A stretch of DNA of 64,000 bases from Burkholderiales bacterium (lineage in GTDB: Bacteria > Pseudomonadota > Gammaproteobacteria > Burkholderiales > SG8-39), in contig DATEDA010000158.1 of NCBI GenBank assembly GCA_035286595.1, positions 6 to 64,005 of the forward strand. Direction: 5' to 3'. This document shows positions 57,388 to 64,000 of this stretch, piece by piece. Numbering within the stretch: the stretch's first letter is position 1; the number at the start of each line of letters is the position of its first letter. Position numbers and translations under genes: made by a program. The notes below the pieces were generated by a model, which worked only from the letters and a program-made list of their open reading frames with translations, had not been told where the DNA came from and did no database searches.

Positions 57388-58129
57388 AGCGAAGCGAAGC
57401 GGGGGAGTTCGCGGCCGCCTCGGGCGGCGTGAGCCGTTCCATCTCGCCCTCGATCCAGTCCTCGACGCGCTGCGTCACCTGCTCCGGCGTGAGGCCGGCG
57501 GTGTCGATCGCGGGCCCGATCACCACGGTGACCTTCCCGGGATACTTCCGGAACGAGTTGCGCGGCCAGACGAGGCCGGCGTTGTGCGCGACCGGCAGCA
57601 CCTTCGCCCCGTTGTTCACCGCGATCACGGCGCCCCCCAGCTTGTAGATGCCGCGCCGGCCGACCGCGACGCGCGTCCCCTCGGGGTACACCATGATCGA
57701 GAAGCCCTGCCCGAGGCGCTCGCCGCCGAGCTCGATCAGCCGCTGCATCGCCACCTTCCGGTGCGCGCGGTTGATCGCGATCGGGCTCATCAGGCCGAGT
57801 CCCCAGCCGAGGAACGGGATCCAGAGCAGCTCCCGCTTGATCACGTACACGTGCGGCGGGAAGATCGAGCTGTAGGTGATCGTCTCCCACGCCGACTGGT
57901 GCTTCGAAAGGATGACGCTCGGCTCGCGCGGGACGTTCTCCAGGCCGTGCACTTCGTGCTCGATGCCGAGCAGCCGGCGGATCAGCCACAGCGCGGTCCG
58001 GTTCCAGCCGATGATCACGTGGTAGCGCGTGAGCCGGGAGAACGGCGCCGACAGCATCACGATCGCCCAGTAGAACGGCGTGAACGCGATCAGGATCGCC
58101 AGAAAGAGCGCGGAACGGAGCGCGATCAC
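57359..58129 (-). CDS. plsC: 1-acyl-sn-glycerol-3-phosphate acyltransferase (lysophospholipid acyltransferase family)
   Basis: The GTG start overlaps the gmhB stop (GTGA). An N-terminal TM helix and the motifs KHQSAWE and YPEGTR are present. Confidence 0.8.
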   Translation of the reverse strand: MIALRSALFLAILIAFTPFYWAIVMLSAPFSRLTRYHVIIGWNRTALWLIRRLLGIEHEVHGLENVPREPSVILSKHQSAWETITYSSIFPPHVYVIKRELLWIPFLGWGLGLMSPIAINRAHRKVAMQRLIELGGERLGQGFSIMVYPEGTRVAVGRRGIYKLGGAVIAVNNGAKVLPVAHNAGLVWPRNSFRKYPGKVTVVIGPAIDTAGLTPEQVTQRVEDWIEGEMERLTPPEAAANSPASLRYATPLDKGA

Positions 58130-58659
58130 TGCGCGAGCACCGCCGCGACCGCGGCGAGATCCGGATAGACCCGCGTGCCCTCCGGCAGCCCGCCGGCCTC
58201 GAGGGTCTTCGCGCCCTTGCCGGTCAGCACCAGGATCGGCAGGGCCTTGACCGCCGCCGCGGCCTGGAGGTCGCGCAACGAATCGCCGACGGCGGGCACG
58301 TCCGCGAGCGGCATGGCGAACCGCTCGCCGATCTCGACCAGCATCCCCGGGCTCGGCTTCCGGTAGCGGGAGTCCGACTCCGCGGTGTCGGGGCAGTAGA
58401 AGATCGCCTCGATGCGTCCGCCCGCCTGGTTGATCTGCTTGTGCATCTTGGCGTTGATGGTGTTCAACGTCGCCATGTCGAACAGCCCGCGGCCGATGCC
58501 GGACTGGTTGGTCGCCACGACCACGCGGTAGCCGGCCTGCGTGAGGCGGGCGATCGCCTCGAGGCTGCCCACGATCGGCTTCCACTCGTCCGGACCCTTG
58601 ATGAAGCCGGGGCTGTCGAAGTTGATGACGCCGTCGCGGTCGAGGATGATGAGCTTCAC
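58126..58659 (-). CDS. gmhB: D-glycero-beta-D-manno-heptose 1,7-bisphosphate 7-phosphatase
   Basis: Motifs ILDRDGVIN, TNQSGIGRG, RKPSPGM and GDSLRD are present. Confidence 0.85.
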   Translation of the reverse strand: MKLIILDRDGVINFDSPGFIKGPDEWKPIVGSLEAIARLTQAGYRVVVATNQSGIGRGLFDMATLNTINAKMHKQINQAGGRIEAIFYCPDTAESDSRYRKPSPGMLVEIGERFAMPLADVPAVGDSLRDLQAAAAVKALPILVLTGKGAKTLEAGGLPEGTRVYPDLAAVAAVLAQ

Positions 58660-58726
58660 GGCCGGCAGGTGTCGCGAGATGGCGACGCGGCGAAGTTTAA
58701 TCCAGCTTCGCGGTTCGTTGCCGCGG

Positions 58727-60802
58727 TCATGCGGCGAGCTTCGAGAGGTCGGCGACCCGGTTCATCGCCTGCCGGAGGTCCGCGAGCAGCGCCAGGCGAT
58801 TCTGCCGCAGCGCCGAATCGTCGACCATGACCATGACCGTGTCGAAGAACGCATCCACCGGCGTCTTGAGCACGGCGAAGGTCTTCAGATAGCCGGTGAA
58901 GTCGCCGCGCTCGAAACGGGGCGTGGCCTGCTGCGACGCGGTCCGGAGGGCGTCGAAGAGCGCCCGCTCCCCGGGCTCCTTGAGCATCCTCGCCTCGGCG
59001 TTCTGGAACGATTCGCCTTTGGCGGCCGCCTGCCGGAGGATGTTCGCGACCCGCTTGTTGGCTGCAGCGAGGCTTTCCGCCTCGGGGAGACCGGCGAACG
59101 CCCGCACCGCGGCGAGCTGGTGCGGGACGAGATCGAGCCGCATGGGTCGCATGCAGAGCACGGCCTCCACCTCGTTCGCGCTATAGCCGGCGTCGCGGAG
59201 ATAGGCGCGCATGCGCTCGAGAACGAATGTCTCGACATCGGTGCGCGCGTCGCCCAGCACGTCGGGCGGATAGACCGCGAATGCCGCGGCTATCAGGTCG
59301 GAGAGCGGCAACGGCAGGCCCTGCTCGACGAGGATGCGAACCGCGCCGAGCGCCTGCCGGCGCAGCCCGAGCGGATCCTTGTCGCCCGTGGGCTGCTGGC
59401 CGATGCCGAACAGCCCGACCAGCGTGTCGAGCTTGTCGGCGAGCGCAACGCTGGCGCCGATGCGGTCTCCCGGCAGCGAGTCGCCGGCAAAGCGCGGGTG
59501 GTGATGCGCCTCGATGCCCGCGGCGACCGCCTCGGGCTCGCCGTCGTGCCGGGCGTAGTGCATGCCCATGACGCCCTGAAGCTCGGGGAACTCGCCGACC
59601 ATCCCGGTGAGGAGATCCGCCTTGCACAGGTGCGCGGTGCGGCGCGCAAGCTTTTCATCGGCGCCGAGCTTCCGCGCGATCAGGCCGGCGAGCTGCTCGA
59701 TTCGCGCCACCCGGTCGAGCTGGGTGCCGAGCTTCCCCTGGAACACCACGTTCGCAAGCGCCGGCACGCGCGACTCGAGGGAAGCGCGCCGGTCCTGGTC
59801 GTAGAAGAACTTGGCGTCGGCGAGCCTGGCCCGCAGCACCCGCTCGTTCCCGTGGACGATGTTGCGGGGGTGCGCGATCTCCATGTTGGAGACGATGAGG
59901 AACCGGTTGAGCAGCTTTCCCTGTCCGTCCACCAGGGGAAAGTACTTCTGGTTCTGCTTCATCGTGAGCATCAGGCATTCCTGGGGGACCTCGAGGAACG
60001 CCTTCTCGAAGTGGCCTTCGTACACAGCGGGCCACTCGACGAGCGCCGTGACCTCGTCATAGAGCGCGTCCTCGGCGGCGATCGACGCCCCGCCCGCGGC
60101 GGCGGCGAGGTCCGTGCGGATCTTCCGGGCGCGCAACTCGAAGTTCGCGATCACCTTGCCTTCGCGCTCGAGCAGTCCCTCATAGTCGTCGGCACGGGGA
60201 ATCTCGATCGCGCCCTTGCCGATGAAGCGATGCCCGCGCGTCCTGCGCCCGCTCTCCTGACCAAGGACCTTGCCCGGGACGACGCGATCGCCGTGGAGCA
60301 TCACCAGGCCGTGCGCCGGCCGCACGAAGGCCTCGTCGTGATCGCCCCAGCGCATGTTCCTGAGATTCCCGGATGCCCTGCGAAGCGCGTCCGCCACCTT
60401 TGCGTCGAGACTCGTCTCGAGCCCGCTGCCGGTGACCAGCTCGCGGACGGCGAACACTTCCTGCTTCCCGTCGTGGACTCGTTCGAGCTTCTCGACCGCG
60501 ACGCCGCGCTTCTTGGTGAAGCCGAGCAACGCCTGCGAAGGCGTGCCGTCGGCGCCCAGGCCGACCTTGACGGATGGCCCCTTTATTACGACCTCCTGAT
60601 CTCGCGCTTTCTCCGCGACTTCGCGAACCAGCACGCCGAGGCGTCGCGGCGTCGCGAACACGGTGAAGGCCCCGTCAGCGGGCGCGAAGCCGTCCGCCCG
60701 CAGCCCGGCAACCAGCGCATCGGCGAACTCGTACCCGAGATGCCGCAGCGCCTTGGGCGGCAGCTCCTCGGTCAGCAGCTCGACGAGCAGCGACGAAGTC
60801 AT
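58727..60802 (-). CDS. glyS: glycine--tRNA ligase beta subunit
   Basis: 691 aa from [20 protein letters not shown]. The ATG overlaps the glyQ stop (ATGA). Confidence 0.9.
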   Translation of the reverse strand: MTSSLLVELLTEELPPKALRHLGYEFADALVAGLRADGFAPADGAFTVFATPRRLGVLVREVAEKARDQEVVIKGPSVKVGLGADGTPSQALLGFTKKRGVAVEKLERVHDGKQEVFAVRELVTGSGLETSLDAKVADALRRASGNLRNMRWGDHDEAFVRPAHGLVMLHGDRVVPGKVLGQESGRRTRGHRFIGKGAIEIPRADDYEGLLEREGKVIANFELRARKIRTDLAAAAGGASIAAEDALYDEVTALVEWPAVYEGHFEKAFLEVPQECLMLTMKQNQKYFPLVDGQGKLLNRFLIVSNMEIAHPRNIVHGNERVLRARLADAKFFYDQDRRASLESRVPALANVVFQGKLGTQLDRVARIEQLAGLIARKLGADEKLARRTAHLCKADLLTGMVGEFPELQGVMGMHYARHDGEPEAVAAGIEAHHHPRFAGDSLPGDRIGASVALADKLDTLVGLFGIGQQPTGDKDPLGLRRQALGAVRILVEQGLPLPLSDLIAAAFAVYPPDVLGDARTDVETFVLERMRAYLRDAGYSANEVEAVLCMRPMRLDLVPHQLAAVRAFAGLPEAESLAAANKRVANILRQAAAKGESFQNAEARMLKEPGERALFDALRTASQQATPRFERGDFTGYLKTFAVLKTPVDAFFDTVMVMVDDSALRQNRLALLADLRQAMNRVADLSKLAA

Positions 60803-61677
60803 CAGGCCGTTTTCTTCAGCATCGGAAACCCGAGCTTCTCGCGCGACTCGTAGTACGCCTGCGCTACGGCCCGGGCGAGCGCTCGCACCCGGCCGATGTA
60901 CGCCGCCCGCTCGGTCACCGAGATCGCGCCGCGCGCATCGAGCAGGTTGAACGTGTGCGAGCACTTCATGACCATCTCGTACGCCGGCAGCGCAAGCCCC
61001 GCCGCCATCAACCGCTGCGCCTCCCGCTCGTAGTCGCCGAACTGTCCGAGGAGCCACTTCGGGTCGGCGGCCTCGAAGTTGTATTTCGACTGCTCGACCT
61101 CGTTCTGGTGGTACACGTCGCCGTAGGTCACGCCCGGCGTCCAGGCGAGATCGAAGACGTTCTCGACCCCCTGCAGGTACATCGTTAGCCGCTCGAGCCC
61201 GTAGGTGATCTCGCCGAGCACCGGCTTGCAGGGCAGGCTCCCGACCTCCTGGAAGTAGGTGAACTGCGTCACCTCCATTCCGTCCAGCCACACCTCCCAG
61301 CCGAGGCCCCAGGCGCCGAGCGTCGGCGACTCCCAGTCGTCCTCGACGAACCGGATGTCGTGCGCGGCGGAATCGACGCCGAGCGCGCGCAAGGACTCGA
61401 GGTAGAGATCCTGGATGTCGTCGGGTGAGGGTTTCAACGCCACCTGGTACTGGTAATAGTGCTGCAGCCGGTTCGGGTTGTCGCCGTAGCGGCCGTCCTT
61501 TGGCCGCCGCGAAGGCTGCACGTAGGCCGCCTTCCATGGCTCCGGCCCGATCGCGCGCAGAAAGGTCGCGGTGTGGAACGTTCCCGCCCCGACCTCGATG
61601 TCGTACGGCTGAAGCAGCGCGCAGCCGCGTTCGCCCCAGAACTGCTGGAGACGGAGGATGACGTCCTGGAAGTGCAT
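60802..61677 (-). CDS. glyQ: glycine--tRNA ligase alpha subunit
   Basis: [26 protein letters not shown] is the canonical GlyQ N-terminus. Confidence 0.9.
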   Translation of the reverse strand: MHFQDVILRLQQFWGERGCALLQPYDIEVGAGTFHTATFLRAIGPEPWKAAYVQPSRRPKDGRYGDNPNRLQHYYQYQVALKPSPDDIQDLYLESLRALGVDSAAHDIRFVEDDWESPTLGAWGLGWEVWLDGMEVTQFTYFQEVGSLPCKPVLGEITYGLERLTMYLQGVENVFDLAWTPGVTYGDVYHQNEVEQSKYNFEAADPKWLLGQFGDYEREAQRLMAAGLALPAYEMVMKCSHTFNLLDARGAISVTERAAYIGRVRALARAVAQAYYESREKLGFPMLKKTA

Positions 61678-62493
61678 CTAGGCGGCGAGGCGCTCCGCCG
61701 AACGGGAAGGCCGCATGACGAAGACGTCCATCCCGAGCACACCGAACGTCACGTCGTCGTGGACGTGGTCGATCGTCGGTTCGCGGCCCCCGGCGCCCAG
61801 CGCGACGTAGAGCGGCAGCAGGTGCTCGTCGGTCGGGTGGTTGCGCACGGCGTGCGGCGCGCGGGCACGGTAGTCGAGCAGCGCCTCGAGGTCGCGCCGC
61901 GCGAGCGCGTCGACGAGCCAGGCACGGAACGCCTGCACCCAGGCCGGCACGTCCTCGTTCGCGCGCGCGCGCCACTGCACTTCGCGCAGGTTGTGCGTCG
62001 CGCTGCCCGAGCCGAGGATGAGCACGCCTTCGTCGGCGAGCGGGGCGAGCGCCGCCCCGAGCCGGTGGTGGTGCGCGGGACCGCGCCCCGGCTGGATCGA
62101 AACCTGCGTCACGGGCACGTCCGCGTGCGGATACATGAACCGCAGGGGCACCCACGCGCCGTGATCGAGCCCGCGCTCCGGATCGAGCGCGGCGTCGAAC
62201 CCCGACGCGGCGAGCAGCTCGCGCGCGCGGGCCGCGACCGCCGGCGCGCCGGGCGCGGGATACTGGATCTCGAACAGCGGCTGCGGGAATCCGCCGAAGT
62301 CGTGAATCGTCTCCGGTCGCGGTGCCCCGCTCACCATCGGCCGCGGCGTCTCCCAATGAGCGGATGCGACGAGGACCGTCTCGGGACGCGGCAGCGATGC
62401 CGCGAGCCTCGCGAGCGCCGGGCCGGTCGAGCCGGGGTCGAGCGCGAGGGTCGGCGAGCCGTGGGACACGAAGACGGAAGGGAGCCGCACCAT
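61678..62493 (-). CDS. class III extradiol dioxygenase (4,5-DOPA dioxygenase / YgiD-LigB family)
   Basis: 271 aa from ATG MVRLPSVFVSHGSP. Motifs SAHWE, DHGAWVPL, GSGSATHNL and EHLLPL are present. Its stop codon directly abuts the glyQ ATG. Confidence 0.8.
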   Translation of the reverse strand: MVRLPSVFVSHGSPTLALDPGSTGPALARLAASLPRPETVLVASAHWETPRPMVSGAPRPETIHDFGGFPQPLFEIQYPAPGAPAVAARARELLAASGFDAALDPERGLDHGAWVPLRFMYPHADVPVTQVSIQPGRGPAHHHRLGAALAPLADEGVLILGSGSATHNLREVQWRARANEDVPAWVQAFRAWLVDALARRDLEALLDYRARAPHAVRNHPTDEHLLPLYVALGAGGREPTIDHVHDDVTFGVLGMDVFVMRPSRSAERLAA

Positions 62494-62655
62494 GGCCGTG
62501 ATTATGCGTTCACGGCACGTATTCTGCCCGCGCTCGCGCGCAACGACAGCCAGAGTATATAGTTGCCGCGACGGAGCCCCCCGGCCGGCGCGGGGCGCGA
62601 ACCGGGCGCCGCAGGTGAGAGTACTCCAAACCGCGATGATCAAAGAGGCAGCGCG

Positions 62656-63654
62656 ATGAGCGATCCGATCTGGATCACCGAGGCCGAGGTGGTGGAGCTG
62701 ATCGATCTCGGCGACGCGATCGTCGCGCTCGAGCGCGCGCTCGCGGAGGAAGCCGCCGGGCGCGCCCAGAACATGGTCAAGACCCACGTGGGTTGGGGCG
62801 AGGCCAACCTGCACGCGATCGGCGCGGTGTTCACGGGCGCAAAGCTCGCGGCGACCAAGACCTGGGCGCACACCCCGGGCGGCGCGACGCCGCTGCTGGT
62901 CGTGATCGACGCGGACGACGGCTCGCTGAAGTGCATCATCGAGGCGTTCGCGCTCGGACAGCTCCGCACCGGCGGGATCTCGGGCGTCGCGACCGACCGG
63001 CTCGCCGCGAAGGAAGCCGACGAGCTCGCGATCATCGGCACCGGCAAGCAGGCGTTGCTGCAGGTGGCCGCCGTCCATGCCGTGCGCCCGCTGCGGCGCC
63101 TGCGCGTCTTCAGCCCGCGGTCCGAGAGCCGCCGCCAGTTCGCCGACCGGGTGCGCGCGGAGCTCGGGCTCGAGGCGCGCGACTTCGGGTCGGTCGCGGC
63201 GGCGGTCGAGGGCGCGCCCATCGTCACGCTCGTGACGCGCGCGACCGAGCCGTTCCTCGCTGCGGCCATGCTCGCCCGCGGGGCGCACGTGAACGCGGTC
63301 GGCGCCATCACGCCGGAGCGCGAGGAGTTCGCGCAGGACCTCTTCGACCGCGCGGGCCGGATCGCGGTCGACAGCCTGCCGGCGGTGCACCGGCTCGCGC
63401 GGGAGTTCATGACCCGGTTCGGTCCGCCCGGCCCGCGGTGGGACAAGGTGATGCCGCTCTCGCGCGTGATCGCGGGCGGCGTCGGGCGCCAGGCCGGCGA
63501 CGACCTGACGCTGTTCAAGGCGATGGGGATGGGCATCTCCGATCTTGCGCTCGGCGCCGAGATCTACGCGCGGGCGGTGAAGGCCGGCAAGGGCCGGCCG
63601 TTTCCCCACCCGCAGCGGGCGAAGCCGCGCATCCGGGTCGCGAGCCACGCCTGA
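62656..63654 (+). CDS. ornithine cyclodeaminase / mu-crystallin family protein
   Basis: From ATG MSDPIW. Motifs LRTGGISGVAT, IIGTGKQA and FKAMGMGISD are present. Confidence 0.8.
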   Translation: MSDPIWITEAEVVELIDLGDAIVALERALAEEAAGRAQNMVKTHVGWGEANLHAIGAVFTGAKLAATKTWAHTPGGATPLLVVIDADDGSLKCIIEAFALGQLRTGGISGVATDRLAAKEADELAIIGTGKQALLQVAAVHAVRPLRRLRVFSPRSESRRQFADRVRAELGLEARDFGSVAAAVEGAPIVTLVTRATEPFLAAAMLARGAHVNAVGAITPEREEFAQDLFDRAGRIAVDSLPAVHRLAREFMTRFGPPGPRWDKVMPLSRVIAGGVGRQAGDDLTLFKAMGMGISDLALGAEIYARAVKAGKGRPFPHPQRAKPRIRVASHA

Positions 63655-63674
63655 GAACGAACGAGGAGCAAGCC

Positions 63675-64000
63675 ATGAACGATCTGCGCAAACCGTTCCA
63701 GCAGCTGAGCGGCCGTTTCGTCGATGCGACGAGCAAGCGGCCGCGCGAGAACAACCTCTGGCCGCCGATCGTGGTCACCAAGCGGGAGATCGACGCCGAG
63801 GTCGAGCGGCTCGCGAGCCTCGCTGCCCCCGCGGACGGCCGGCGCGAGTCGCTGATCGTCCATCCGCTCGCGGCCGGCGACACGCCCGGCTTCGCGCCCG
63901 GAATCCAGGTGAAGCTCTCGGTGCTCAAGCCCGGCGAGAAGACGCGGGCGTTCCGGCACAACGCGACCGAAGTGAACTTCTGCATCGGCGGGACCGGGCA
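63675..64000 (+). CDS. cupin-domain dioxygenase, gentisate 1,2-dioxygenase-like (3' end lies outside the window)
   Basis: This ATG ORF is not in the track because it runs off the window. The translation begins MNDLRKPFQQLSGRFVDATSKRPRENNLWPPIVVTKREIDAEVERL. It continues ...LKPGEKTRAFRHNATEVNFCIGG, which resembles the GDO N-terminal cupin. GAGGAG lies upstream. Confidence 0.5.
   Translation, partial: MNDLRKPFQQLSGRFVDATSKRPRENNLWPPIVVTKREIDAEVERLASLAAPADGRRESLIVHPLAAGDTPGFAPGIQVKLSVLKPGEKTRAFRHNATEVNFCIGGTG

Overview
This is a GC-rich (judged by eye, not computed) chromosomal segment whose gene content and order look betaproteobacterial (Burkholderiales/Rhodocyclales-like; inference only). 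About 63 protein-coding genes are supported. I recognised no rRNA, tRNA, CRISPR array, transposase or integrase. The ORF track treats GTG/TTG starts as M and contains many long spurious or fused ORFs typical of GC-rich DNA. I therefore re-derived internal starts by hand (start codon, SD, frame divisibility), so starts may be off by a few codons. Layout: (1) 1-9.4 kb is an aromatic/acyl-CoA catabolic cluster: amidase, amidohydrolases, enoyl-CoA hydratase, MetE-like protein, two-subunit Rieske oxygenase, SDR and MFS. It is interrupted by a PEP-CTERM protein gene with its own sigma-54-type promoter and terminator. (2) 9.5-15.4 kb holds a DUF1631-like protein and a compact operon of B12-binding radical SAM, IlvD/Edd dehydratase and HIBADH-type dehydrogenase. 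(3) 15.5-29.1 kb holds a 2-aminobenzoyl-/salicylyl-CoA type pathway: a bifunctional FAD monooxygenase/OYE, then about 6 kb of unrelated genes, then CoA ligase, ACAD, ECH, SDR and an alpha/beta hydrolase. This pathway runs straight on from spoT. (4) 29-36.7 kb is gmk-rpoZ-spoT, yicC, a Hanks-type kinase/PP2C pair, rph and rdgB. (5) 36.7-38.8 kb is a roughly 2.1-kb accessory islet between rdgB and hemW. It carries a truncated HigB-2-like toxin, an intact HigA-2-like antitoxin, a decayed alpha/beta hydrolase, and two tandem paralogous small 2-TM proteins. (6) 38.8-62.5 kb is core: hemW, HAD, hemF, purD, purH, fis, dusB, ubiH-like, pepP, murU/amgK, lptD-surA-pdxA-rsmA, gloA, an M48 peptidase, plsC, gmhB, glyS, glyQ and a LigB-type dioxygenase. 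(7) The right end holds an ornithine cyclodeaminase-like gene and a partial gentisate-dioxygenase-like cupin. The most unusual sequence-level signal is a near-identical ~60-nt element that directly abuts, and supplies the SD region of, the start codons of two unrelated minus-strand genes (spoT and an SDR). It contains an SD-sequestering hairpin. I found no clearly recognisable novel multi-gene defence or secretion system, and the candidates listed are modest.
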